Shown piece by piece: positions 10,893 through 20,038 of a stretch of 40,306 bases of DNA. Origin of the DNA: Arcobacteraceae bacterium (GTDB lineage Bacteria; Campylobacterota; Campylobacteria; Campylobacterales; Arcobacteraceae); NCBI GenBank assembly GCA_048268245.1, contig JBLWVX010000022.1, forward strand, positions 1 through 40,306, given 5' to 3'. Positions within the stretch are counted from its first letter, which is position 1; every line of letters starts with the position of its first letter. The position numbers were made by a program, and so were the translations under genes. Under the pieces are notes generated by a model. That model saw nothing but the letters and a program-made list of their open reading frames with translations, was not told where the DNA came from and ran no database searches.

Positions 10893-12632
10893 ATTTTTAA
10901 AAAATTTTTTATTCTTAACCTTTTACTATTAACGTTTAGTTTAAATGCTTTTAGTGATAGCTTAAAAGATGAGTATCACTCATCTAAAATGAGCTACCTA
11001 AAAGCAGTTTTAAAAAAAGATAATGAACAAAAAAAACAAGCTTTAGAAAAACTAATTATTTTAGGTGAAAAACTAAATAAAGATACAACTCCAGATAAAA
11101 AAAAGCTTGAACTTTTACTTCAAAAAGAAAACAAAACTCTAGCTAAAGAAGTATCAAAACCAAAAGTACAAGCAAATAACAAAAATACAGAAATTCAAAC
11201 TTCTACTAAAAATAAAATTGAATCAGTATATACAGTTGAAAACAATATAGTAGTTAGTTACTCAAAAGAAGTTACAAAAGATGATGTGTTAAGATTTTTT
11301 GAATTAAAAAATGATTCTGCAACAAAAGATGTTTATGATTTAAAAGGAAACTTTCCTTTTGCACGAGATACAAAACTATCAATAAAAGGTGTTGATAAAG
11401 TTGTTGTAGGACAATTTAAAGCATACACTCTTAGAATCGTTATAGCAAATAAAAAGAATCTTAAGACCTCATATATGGTAGATAGAAAACAAATAATTAT
11501 TTCTATTGATGACTTAAATACTAAAAAGAAAGTAAAATCAAAACCAGAAAAAAAAGAAGTAAAAACATCTAATAAGACGAATAAATATATAGATACAAAA
11601 AATTCTATTAGAACACTTTATACACAAGATAACAAAATCATAGTTGAGTTTAATAAAAATATATCTAAAAAAGATATTGACTATGTTAGTTACAAAAACA
11701 AAGGCTTTATTGATGAAGTATTTGATATTAAGGGTAAATTCAAATATGCTAAACCTATAAAACTTGAAATGAATGATATTAATAAAATATCAGTTGGACA
11801 AGTAAAATCAAATACATTAAGGCTAAGACTTAGTAATAAAAAAGATTTAAAACTAATTTATGTTGTTAATAAAAGACAATTAGTAATAAAAATTTTAAAT
11901 ATTACTGCTACTTCAACATCAAAAGCTGTAAATCCTCAATATAACATTTTTAAAGATAAAGTTATAGTTATTGACCCAGGACATGGGAAACAAGATGTTG
12001 GAGCTATAGGGCCTAATAAAAGGTATGAAAAAGTAGTGACACTAAAAGTTTCAAAACAGTTATACTATATGCTGAAAAAAAGAGGCTATAAAGTTTATCT
12101 TACAAGACACAATGATAGTTTTATAAAAGTTAGAAATAGAACCCTTTTAGCAAATAAAAAGAATGCTGATATATTTATCTCTATACATGCTAATGCAATA
12201 GCTAAAAGCAGAGCATATAAAGTATCTGGTATTGAAACTTTTTTCTTAAGCCCTGCTAGAAGTGAAAGAGCAAAAAGAGTGGCAGCAAAAGAAAATAGTG
12301 TTGATATTAGAAAAATGAGTAATTCAACAAAGGCTGCATTCTTAGAATCACTAAATAGACCAAGAATTACTGCATCACATAAACTAGCTATTGATGTTCA
12401 AGCAGGACTACTGCAGTCAGTTAAATCAAGCTATAAAGATGTAAAAGACTCAGGAGTTAGAGAAGGACCTTTCTGGGTTCTAGTAGGAGCTCAAATGCCT
12501 TCTATTTTAATAGAACTAGGATATATGTCTCACCCAGTTGAGAGCAAAAGACTTTATAGTACTAAATATCAAAAACTATTAGCAAATGGTATTGCTAATG
12601 GAATAGACTCTTACTTTCTAAAAAACCCTTAA
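10893..12632 (+). CDS. amiA: N-acetylmuramoyl-L-alanine amidase (Amidase_3) with two AMIN-like repeats; probable ATT start
   Basis: VIDPGHG, ISIHAN, ILIELGY motifs. The frame is open upstream of ATG 10989 and encodes a signal peptide from ATT 10893, with AGGAGA 6 nt before it. Confidence 0.88.
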   Translation: MFKKFFILNLLLLTFSLNAFSDSLKDEYHSSKMSYLKAVLKKDNEQKKQALEKLIILGEKLNKDTTPDKKKLELLLQKENKTLAKEVSKPKVQANNKNTEIQTSTKNKIESVYTVENNIVVSYSKEVTKDDVLRFFELKNDSATKDVYDLKGNFPFARDTKLSIKGVDKVVVGQFKAYTLRIVIANKKNLKTSYMVDRKQIIISIDDLNTKKKVKSKPEKKEVKTSNKTNKYIDTKNSIRTLYTQDNKIIVEFNKNISKKDIDYVSYKNKGFIDEVFDIKGKFKYAKPIKLEMNDINKISVGQVKSNTLRLRLSNKKDLKLIYVVNKRQLVIKILNITATSTSKAVNPQYNIFKDKVIVIDPGHGKQDVGAIGPNKRYEKVVTLKVSKQLYYMLKKRGYKVYLTRHNDSFIKVRNRTLLANKKNADIFISIHANAIAKSRAYKVSGIETFFLSPARSERAKRVAAKENSVDIRKMSNSTKAAFLESLNRPRITASHKLAIDVQAGLLQSVKSSYKDVKDSGVREGPFWVLVGAQMPSILIELGYMSHPVESKRLYSTKYQKLLANGIANGIDSYFLKNP

Positions 12633-13041
12633 TCTCATTTATAAGTTTTAATTGTTTTTTCTTTAAAGGTGGTAAGTCATCAAGTGAGAAAAATTTAACC
12701 TTAGAGTTTTCCCAAGATAAATAGTTCGTTTTTAAAATATAGTTATTAAATTTATTTTGTAAACCTTCTATATTATTAGCATTTACTAACCAAACACCAA
12801 CATCTTTTTCTAAATTGATTTGTTCAAAATAGTCTTCAAAAATTCCTATTTCAATATCTATTGAGCTTTCTTCAAAAAATTCTCTTTTCGCACACTCAAA
12901 AGCTGTTTCTTCTTTAAGCTTCATACCTTTTAAGCAACCCCATTTTTCTCTGCTCATTACTGATTTACATAATAAGATTTTTATATCATCTTTTTGAACT
13001 AAATATGGAACAACTCCATATGCTTTTGCATGTGATTTCAT
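12595..13041 (-). CDS. NUDIX hydrolase
   Basis: Nudix box KGMKLKEETAFECAKREFFEES; N-terminal AYGVVPY; 3' end overlaps amiA by 38 nt. Confidence 0.8.
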   Translation of the reverse strand: MKSHAKAYGVVPYLVQKDDIKILLCKSVMSREKWGCLKGMKLKEETAFECAKREFFEESSIDIEIGIFEDYFEQINLEKDVGVWLVNANNIEGLQNKFNNYILKTNYLSWENSKVKFFSLDDLPPLKKKQLKLINEIKGFLESKSLFH

Positions 13042-13056
13042 TTAAACCAGACCTTT

Positions 13057-14124
13057 TTATGAATTCATTTTTCTATTATAAATATAAAGTGCACTTAAGA
13101 GCCATACTATCATAGGAAGCAATATAGACACTTCTGGAATTACTATACCACCACTAGTAAATTTAAATAGCATAAAGAATATTCCCCACACCACTAAAGT
13201 ACCAAAAACACAGAAAGACACAAATTTTCCCATATTAAAAAACCTGCTATTTAAAGATGCGTATGCAAATGTAAGTAAAATAATAGGAACCACAAAGAAA
13301 GGAACAATTATTTGATTATATAAAGCCCCTCTAATCTTATCTGTATTTATTCCTTGATTTGATAACAATATCAAAGCAGATACAGCATCAAAAATAGAAA
13401 AGTTAGATTTTGATTCATATACATTATCTAATATTTTAGGTCTAAAGCCTTCTAAAGTATGCAGAAACTTTTCATATTTTATATCTAATTTAGCATCACT
13501 TTGCTCTAAATCTGATGGTTTAGTTATGATTTTAGCATCAACTACATACCATCTATCATTTTGAAAATAAGCATTTTTTGCAATTATTGTTTGGCTAATA
13601 TCATCATCTTTTACTTTGTAAATATGAATATTTTCAGCCTTTTTTTCTAAAGGTAATAATTTTTTAAAATATATATAATTATCATTATATTTTAAAAAAA
13701 TATCTGACTTAGTATTTGTAAAATACTCTCCTTTTGCTATCTTTCTTTTTTGATCATAAGAATAAGCCAAAGGTGTAGCTTGCAATAAAACTAATAAAGC
13801 TATTAGAAACAGTGATACTTTAACAACTGGTGCGTATATTCTGCTACTTGCACTTCCTACTGCATTGAATGCAACAAGTTCATTATTTTTAATAAATAAA
13901 ACTAAAGTAATAATCCATCCAAAAATAATAGATAATGGTAATGCCAGCGTTAATGTAAAAAAAGCATTATATAAAATATATAAAAGCTGTAAGTTAGCCG
14001 AGTTTGGCAAATCTTTAAAGTTTTGTAAAAAATCAATCCCTACGAAAAAAAGCTCTAAGGAGATCAACACAATGATAAAATTTAGTAAGTATTTCTTTAA
14101 AATATATTTAGTTAATATGCTCAT
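13057..14124 (-). CDS. LptF/LptG family LPS export permease
   Basis: Three N-terminal TMs, NELVAFNAVG motif, periplasmic region (IIAKNAYFQNDRW), three C-terminal TMs. Confidence 0.88.
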   Translation of the reverse strand: MSILTKYILKKYLLNFIIVLISLELFFVGIDFLQNFKDLPNSANLQLLYILYNAFFTLTLALPLSIIFGWIITLVLFIKNNELVAFNAVGSASSRIYAPVVKVSLFLIALLVLLQATPLAYSYDQKRKIAKGEYFTNTKSDIFLKYNDNYIYFKKLLPLEKKAENIHIYKVKDDDISQTIIAKNAYFQNDRWYVVDAKIITKPSDLEQSDAKLDIKYEKFLHTLEGFRPKILDNVYESKSNFSIFDAVSALILLSNQGINTDKIRGALYNQIIVPFFVVPIILLTFAYASLNSRFFNMGKFVSFCVFGTLVVWGIFFMLFKFTSGGIVIPEVSILLPMIVWLLSALYIYNRKMNS

Positions 14125-14125
14125 C

Positions 14126-14680
14126 TTATTTCAATGTAAATTTAGATTTTACTTGAGCGATGTCTTCCCCACTTTTAAGTGCTTCTATCGCTTTAATAGT
14201 ATGAGGTATTATATCTTGTAGTTTATTTAATTCTTCTTTTGAAAAGTTATCTAATACATAATTTACAACTTCACTTTTATTTGCAGGCTTTCCAATACCT
14301 ATTCTAATTCTTATATAATCTTTTCCAATATGTGAATCTAATGATCTTAAACCATTATGTCCACCATGACCTCCACCTATTTTGAACTTAACAGCTCCAA
14401 AAGGTAAATCTAAATCATCATGAATAACAATAATATCTTCTAAGTCTATTTTATAATACTCTTTTATAGCATTTACTGCTAATCCTGAGTTATTCATATA
14501 AGTTGTAGGTTTTGAATATAGGCTATAGCCTGATTTCAAAAGCGTAGAATGAAAATTTGCTTTATTTATATTTGCAGTTGTAAGACCTTTAGTTATCTCA
14601 TCGATAACTAAAAAGCCTACATTATGTCGTGTTAATTGGTACTTTTCACCAATATTTCCAAGACCAACTATTAAGTTCAT
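14126..14680 (-). CDS. pth: Peptidyl-tRNA hydrolase
   Basis: LIVGLGN, TRHNVGF, KPTTYMNNSG, IHDDLDL, GGHGGHNGLRS. Confidence 0.98.
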   Translation of the reverse strand: MNLIVGLGNIGEKYQLTRHNVGFLVIDEITKGLTTANINKANFHSTLLKSGYSLYSKPTTYMNNSGLAVNAIKEYYKIDLEDIIVIHDDLDLPFGAVKFKIGGGHGGHNGLRSLDSHIGKDYIRIRIGIGKPANKSEVVNYVLDNFSKEELNKLQDIIPHTIKAIEALKSGEDIAQVKSKFTLK

Positions 14681-14690
14681 AAATCTAAAA

Positions 14691-15227
14691 TTACTTAGCT
14701 TTAATTACACCAACAACTGGAACTCTTGGGTCTAAGTGACAAGTAACATTTTCTGGGAACTCTAAATCTCTAATTAAAATGTTGTTTCCAACGTCTAAAT
14801 CAGTTACATCTAAAGTAAAGTTTTGTGGTAAATCTTCAATTGTACATTTAACAGGAACTCTTTTAGTGTGAACCATTAAAAGACCTTTGTTTTTAATACC
14901 TTTTGCAAGACCAGTTGCTATTACAGGAACTTTATAAGAAGCTTTAACACCTGCTTGTGCTACCATTAAATCAACGTGTAATAAATCAGAAGTGATTGGA
15001 CATCTTTGGTACTCTTGAACTACTACTTTAATCTCTTTATCTCCAACTTTTACATCAAATGCTAAACTATCTTTATTTTTCATAAATCTAATGAAGTCAT
15101 TTCTTTTGAATGCTGCTGAAATATTCTCTAAACCTTTTCCGTAGATGTTTGCAATTAAGAAACCTTCTCTTCTTAAAGTTTTTGTTGCTTGTTTTGTCAT
15201 ACTATCTCTTACGATACCCTCTAACAT
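14691..15227 (-). CDS. rplY: 50S ribosomal protein L25/Ctc
   Basis: [44 protein letters not shown]; upstream of pth. Confidence 0.95.
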   Translation of the reverse strand: MLEGIVRDSMTKQATKTLRREGFLIANIYGKGLENISAAFKRNDFIRFMKNKDSLAFDVKVGDKEIKVVVQEYQRCPITSDLLHVDLMVAQAGVKASYKVPVIATGLAKGIKNKGLLMVHTKRVPVKCTIEDLPQNFTLDVTDLDVGNNILIRDLEFPENVTCHLDPRVPVVGVIKAK

Positions 15228-15252
15228 AAACGATCCTTGTTTTAAATTTGAA

Positions 15253-15265
15253 GCGCGATTTTACC
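15253..15265 (-). promoter_or_regulatory. Putative rplY -10 with GC-rich discriminator
   Basis: Minus strand reads GGTAAAAT-CGCGC, upstream of RBS AAGGA. Confidence 0.5.
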
Positions 15266-15379
15266 TGAAACTAACTTTAAGTTTGTTTAAGTTTTAGATA
15301 TTTATAAGTTTAACTTTTTGTAATCGATTTTTAGATAATATATTCCATTAAAATTAACAAATAATAAGGGTTAAACTCC

Positions 15380-16246
15380 ATGACAGTAATAGACGGGAAA
15401 GCATTATCTGCGAAAATCAAAGAAGAAGTAAGAGTTGAAGTTGAAGAACTTAAAAATAAAGAAGGAATAACACCAGGTTTAGCTGTAGTATTAGTTGGTG
15501 ACGATGCTGCAAGTGCAACTTATGTAAACAGTAAACATAAAGCTTGTGAAAATGCTGGAATTTATTCAGTTGTTCATACTAAACCATCATCTACAACTCA
15601 AGAAGAGTTATTAAAGTTAATTGATGAAATGAACAATGATTCTAAACTTGATGGTATTTTAGTTCAATTACCACTTCCAAAGCATATTGATACAACTACT
15701 GTATTAGAAGCAATCAATCCACTTAAAGATGTGGATGGTTTCCATCCATACAATGTAGGAAGAATGGTTTCAAATTTAGATTCATTTTTACCTGCAACTC
15801 CTTTTGGTGTTATGAGAATGTTTGAAGAAAACAATATAGAATTAAGCGGTAAAAATTGTGTTGTTATTGGCTCATCTGATATTGTTGGTAAACCAATGGC
15901 TTCTTTACTTACAAATGCAAAAGCAACTGTAACAGTATGTAATTCTAGAACAAAAGATTTATCAGCTCACACAAAAGCTGCTGATATTGTAATTATTGCA
16001 GTTGGTGTTCCTCACTTACTTAAAGGTGATATGTTAAAAGATGGTGCTGTTGTTATTGATGTTGGAATTAATAGACTTGATACAGGTAAATTAACAGGTG
16101 ATGCTGACTTTGAAGATTGTAAAGAAAAATGTTCATTTATTACACCTGTTCCAGGTGGAGTTGGACCAATGACTATTGGTATGTTACTTAAAAATACTCT
16201 TAAAGCTGCAAAACTAAGAAATAAAAGAGAAGGTACAAATGCTTAG
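15380..16246 (+). CDS. folD: Methylenetetrahydrofolate dehydrogenase/cyclohydrolase
   Basis: PGLAVVLVG, GILVQLPLP, KDVDGFHPYN, TPVPGGVGPMT. Confidence 0.98.
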   Translation: MTVIDGKALSAKIKEEVRVEVEELKNKEGITPGLAVVLVGDDAASATYVNSKHKACENAGIYSVVHTKPSSTTQEELLKLIDEMNNDSKLDGILVQLPLPKHIDTTTVLEAINPLKDVDGFHPYNVGRMVSNLDSFLPATPFGVMRMFEENNIELSGKNCVVIGSSDIVGKPMASLLTNAKATVTVCNSRTKDLSAHTKAADIVIIAVGVPHLLKGDMLKDGAVVIDVGINRLDTGKLTGDADFEDCKEKCSFITPVPGGVGPMTIGMLLKNTLKAAKLRNKREGTNA

Positions 16247-17024
16247 AAAAATTTATGACTGGTCCTCTTCATGGACTGGTACAATTGTAATAGTACTATC
16301 AATTATTTTCTTTGTTGCACAAGCTTTTGTAATTCCTAGTGGTTCAATGAAAAATACATTATTAATTGGAGATATGCTTTTTGTAAAAAAGTTCTCTTAC
16401 GGAATAGCAACACCTAGAATCCCTTGGATTGAAGTGAAAGTTTTACCTGACTTTAATGACAATGGACACTTAATAGAAGGTGATAGACCACAAAGAGGTG
16501 ATATTGTTGTATTTAGATACCCTAAAAATGAAAAAGTCCATTATGTAAAAAGAGCTGTTGCTACTGGTGGAGATATTATTGCTATTCAAAATAAAAATCT
16601 TCTTTTACATCCTAAAGAAGGAAATGAGTTTGTAAAAGCAAACTATCCAAAAGAAAGTATCATAAAAGTTGGTGATAGATTATGGGTTGTAAATCCATAT
16701 ATGAAAGACCATCCAGGAATTCATACAGACCCAAGTGTTGTAAACAATGGCTTAAACCCAAGTGAATTGTTTAATATGATGCCTATAAAAGTTCCAGAAG
16801 ATGAAACTTTTATGATGGGTGATAATAGAGATCACTCAAATGACTCAAGATTTTGGGGAACAGTTCCATATAAATATATAGTTGGTAAGCCATGGTTTAT
16901 TTACTTTTCTTGGGATGATAACTACGAAATTAGATGGGATAGAATGTTTAAATCTATTGAAACAATAGAAGAAGATATGGAAAATAAAGAGTTTAAAATA
17001 GAACATAAAAAAGGAATTTATTAA
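16239..17024 (+). CDS. lepB: Signal peptidase I
   Basis: IPSGSMKNTL (Ser), YVKR (Lys), MGDNRDHSNDSRFWG. Confidence 0.97.
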   Translation: MLRKIYDWSSSWTGTIVIVLSIIFFVAQAFVIPSGSMKNTLLIGDMLFVKKFSYGIATPRIPWIEVKVLPDFNDNGHLIEGDRPQRGDIVVFRYPKNEKVHYVKRAVATGGDIIAIQNKNLLLHPKEGNEFVKANYPKESIIKVGDRLWVVNPYMKDHPGIHTDPSVVNNGLNPSELFNMMPIKVPEDETFMMGDNRDHSNDSRFWGTVPYKYIVGKPWFIYFSWDDNYEIRWDRMFKSIETIEEDMENKEFKIEHKKGIY

Positions 17025-17479
17025 TGAAGTATTTTATTGGAGCTGATCATGCTGGTATTGATATTAAAGCTTACGTAAAAGAGTTGTTTGAAAAAAGAGG
17101 TCATGAAGTTGTTGATTTAGGCCCTAATAGTAAAGATAGAGTTGACTACCCTGATTTTGCTGCAAAAGTTTGTGAAAATGTTTTAGAAAATGAAGGAAGC
17201 AAAGGTATTTTAATTTGTGGTTCTGGAATTGGTATGAGTATGGCTGCAAATAAATTTGATGGAATTAGAGCTGCACTTTGTCACAATGAATACTCAGCAC
17301 AAATGGCGAGAGAGCATAATGATGCTAATGTTATTTGTTTAGGTGAGAGAGTATCTGGATATGGTATGGTTGAAGCTATAGTTGATGCATGGGATGAAGC
17401 CTCTTTTGAAGGTGGAAGACATGAAGAAAGAGTTGAAAAGATCAATGCTTTAGGGAAAATGGGTTCTTGTAGAGCTTAA
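17024..17479 (+). CDS. rpiB: Ribose-5-phosphate isomerase B
   Basis: GADHAG, VDYPD, CGSGIGMS, HNDANV, FEGGRH. Confidence 0.97.
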   Translation: MKYFIGADHAGIDIKAYVKELFEKRGHEVVDLGPNSKDRVDYPDFAAKVCENVLENEGSKGILICGSGIGMSMAANKFDGIRAALCHNEYSAQMAREHNDANVICLGERVSGYGMVEAIVDAWDEASFEGGRHEERVEKINALGKMGSCRA

Positions 17480-17500
17480 AAAAATAAAAAAGGATTTTTA

Positions 17501-17620
17501 ATGAGAGAACCTTGGGAAGTATACCTAATGATGTTTATCGTTGTAGCTTTAATACTACTAGGGAAAAAAATGATGTTTTTTGGTGATAATGAAAATGATC
17601 CAAAAAATAAAAAGAAATAA
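17501..17620 (+). CDS. Unannotated small membrane protein (39 aa)
   Basis: MREPWEVYLMMFIVVALILLGKKMMFFGDNENDPKNKKK*; AAGGA RBS at 17490-17494; one hydrophobic helix; lies before the terminator. Confidence 0.7.
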   Translation: MREPWEVYLMMFIVVALILLGKKMMFFGDNENDPKNKKK

Positions 17621-17636
17621 CTTAAAAATTCTACAT

Positions 17637-17671
17637 AATATGAAAGCTTATATCAAATAAGCTTTCATATT
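17637..17671. terminator. Bidirectional terminator hairpin
   Basis: Perfect 15-bp stem AATATGAAAGCTTAT-ATCAA-ATAAGCTTTCATATT between convergent genes. Confidence 0.75.
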
Positions 17672-17684
17672 TATTCTTTAATTA

Positions 17685-19661
17685 TTAAAAACTATATTTT
17701 AAATTTGCATAAAAATATCTTCCTGGATCGTTTAATAATTCTGTCTGCCCTACACCTATATATTTTATATCATTATAAGTATTTGTTGATGTATATGTTT
17801 TATCAAAAATATTATCAACACCTAACGTGAAGCCAATATTTTTAGTAATACTATTACTATATTTTGTATTTACAACAGCATATCCACTTAACTCTTGTTC
17901 ACCATTTGAGCTATCAAAACTATCCCAACTATCAACAGCTATAATTTCAGTAGTAAATTTAGCTTCTCCTCTTTCATAGTTAACTGCAAAGTTTCCTTTA
18001 AGTGGTGCAATCTCTGCCAAATCTTTATCAGTAAAATCACCATCTTTCTTTCCTCTTTGATATGCAATACCATAATCAAAAGATAATTCATCAGTTAAGT
18101 AGTAAAAACCACTAATATCTAAACCATAAATTTTTGCATCAATATTTGTAAATGTTCCTGTATTATAGATATAATCTTCAAGTTTTGAATAAAAGGCTTT
18201 TGTTCTAATATTGAAGTTTCCTATAGTCTTTTCGAATCCTAAATCTAATTCATAGTTTTTAGTTTGATCTAAGTCATCATTACCACTACTGGCATAATAT
18301 AACTCTCTTGCATCAGGAACCCTTGAAGCTTTTCCTAATCCTGCAAAATATTTAGTATTTTCATCTGTGTTATAAGTAGCAAATATATTCCCATTTAATG
18401 AAGTATATTTTCTATCATTACTTGTTGAACTTATAGTATCAATATCAGTATAATCATATCTTGAAGCAAACTCTAAATCTAACTTTCCATAAGTTTTTTG
18501 TACTTTTGCAAATAAAGCTTTATTTGTTGTATCAGTTGATGCTAAACTTGTAGATATAGATGTTGGAATAACTACACCAGTTGCTGCAATACTTGAAAAC
18601 TTTTGACCCTTCCAGTTTCTTTGACTAGCATCTAGACCCACTGTGTATAAGGTATTAGAAAATTCCATACTATTCTTAAGTTTAAGTCCTTTAATTGAGC
18701 TTTTCATATGATTCGTCATATATTTATCTCTCATCATCATATTTGGATTTAAATCATAGTTTCTTAATCTTGTACTCATTGGATGATCTACATTTGAATA
18801 GTAATAATCTAAACTTAGCTCTTTAGAGTATTGTCCTAAATCTCTTTTTGCATATCCAAAAGTATAAATATTTGAATCATCATAATCTGCATCCATTGGA
18901 GTATTTGGATATAGAACATTATCACTTCTGTTTGCATTATAAGATAACTTTATTTCACGGCTATCATCTATATTGAAAATAAGCTTTGTTAAAAGTGTCT
19001 TTTTTTCATATGCTTCTTCATTATCATTTGAGTATTGGCTAAAACCTCCAACTCCATTAGCTTTTTGCTGTTCTAAAAAGTCATTTCCATTCCCATCTTC
19101 ATACTGGTCACTTTTTTCAGTTGAAGCAGAAACTAAAACTTTTACTTTATCATTTCCACCACTTATATTTGCACTTAGCTTTTGATATCCAAAGCTTCCT
19201 ACTCCTGCATTTATTTCACCTTTGAACTCTTTTGAAGGCTCTTTAGTATTTACTTTTACTTTACCACTTAAAGTACCAAAATTTTCAACATCATAAGGTC
19301 CTTCAATAACCTCAACGCTTTCTATGTTATTTGATAATACATGAGAAGTTGGTGGGTCCATTCTATTTGGACATGCACCATAAATTTTTGCATCATCAAT
19401 CAAGATGTTAATATTATCTTTCTTTTGACCTCTTAAAATAATATCATTAGCAATACCACTTCTTCTTACAATTGAGATTGATGGTATATTTTTTGTTAGA
19501 GATTCAGCTAAATCTGCACTTTTGATTTGCTCATTACTTACATCTTTTACTATCTTAGTATTTACTTTTTCTTGAACTTCTATTTTTTCAAGTTTAACAG
19601 CATCATTTCCACTTAAAATACTCGCAGCGCATAAAAGTGAAATAGTAGTGATTTTTTTCAT
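17685..19661 (-). CDS. TonB-dependent receptor, OprC/NosA-like copper receptor
   Basis: Signal peptide, TonB-box-like LEKIEV, plug motif GACPNRMDPP (CxxxM), barrel HPM (HxM), Met-rich NMMMRDKYMTNHM, C-terminal Phe. Confidence 0.85.
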   Translation of the reverse strand: MKKITTISLLCAASILSGNDAVKLEKIEVQEKVNTKIVKDVSNEQIKSADLAESLTKNIPSISIVRRSGIANDIILRGQKKDNINILIDDAKIYGACPNRMDPPTSHVLSNNIESVEVIEGPYDVENFGTLSGKVKVNTKEPSKEFKGEINAGVGSFGYQKLSANISGGNDKVKVLVSASTEKSDQYEDGNGNDFLEQQKANGVGGFSQYSNDNEEAYEKKTLLTKLIFNIDDSREIKLSYNANRSDNVLYPNTPMDADYDDSNIYTFGYAKRDLGQYSKELSLDYYYSNVDHPMSTRLRNYDLNPNMMMRDKYMTNHMKSSIKGLKLKNSMEFSNTLYTVGLDASQRNWKGQKFSSIAATGVVIPTSISTSLASTDTTNKALFAKVQKTYGKLDLEFASRYDYTDIDTISSTSNDRKYTSLNGNIFATYNTDENTKYFAGLGKASRVPDARELYYASSGNDDLDQTKNYELDLGFEKTIGNFNIRTKAFYSKLEDYIYNTGTFTNIDAKIYGLDISGFYYLTDELSFDYGIAYQRGKKDGDFTDKDLAEIAPLKGNFAVNYERGEAKFTTEIIAVDSWDSFDSSNGEQELSGYAVVNTKYSNSITKNIGFTLGVDNIFDKTYTSTNTYNDIKYIGVGQTELLNDPGRYFYANLKYSF

Positions 19662-19704
19662 AATTTTCCTTGATAAAAATTTTCTTGAATTATCTAATAG
19701 AGGT

Positions 19705-19742
19705 GTTAATTTAATATTAATTATTAGTTAAATAAATGTTAA
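19705..19742. repeat. Four RTTAA direct repeats at 11-bp period in a divergent promoter region
   Basis: GTTAA 19705, ATTAA 19716, GTTAA 19727, GTTAA 19738. Confidence 0.5.
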
Positions 19743-19756
19743 GTTTGGTGAAACTT

Positions 19757-19765
19757 TGTTATAAT
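19757..19765 (+). promoter_or_regulatory. Extended -10 promoter
   Basis: TGTTATAAT upstream of the AAGGA RBS of the 19788 ORF. Confidence 0.6.
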
Positions 19766-19787
19766 CCAAATAAAAAAAGGATAGATA

Positions 19788-20036
19788 TTGAGTAAAATTA
19801 CCCTTGATGTAGATAAACAAAATTTAGATACAGTTTTGACAATTTTAAACAACCTAAAAACAGGTTTAATAAACAATATAGATGTTGATCAAAAAGGTAT
19901 ATTAAATAAGATTCAAAATAAAAAAGCTGTTAAAAAACAAGCTGTTTTAGAAGATGAGTTTATATCAAAACCTACAAACTCAAAATATTTATCAAGAGAT
20001 GCTTTTAAACAAAGATTAAATAGTAAAAAAGGATAG
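19788..20036 (+). CDS. Hypothetical protein (82 aa)
   Basis: TTG start with AAGGA RBS and extended -10; no motif recognised. Confidence 0.7.
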   Translation: MSKITLDVDKQNLDTVLTILNNLKTGLINNIDVDQKGILNKIQNKKAVKKQAVLEDEFISKPTNSKYLSRDAFKQRLNSKKG

Positions 20037-20038
20037 AA

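Noticed and set aside
15275..15320. TTTAAGTTT repeats at about 10-bp period (similar ACTTAAAG repeats before cheV, TTAATC before pyrH)
   Set aside because: Explained by the known periodic AT signal upstream of Campylobacterota sigma70 -10 boxes.
19671..19685. Weak Fur-like box TGATAAAAATTTTCT upstream of the TonB receptor
   Set aside because: Three mismatches to the 7-1-7 consensus; not distinguishable from chance here.
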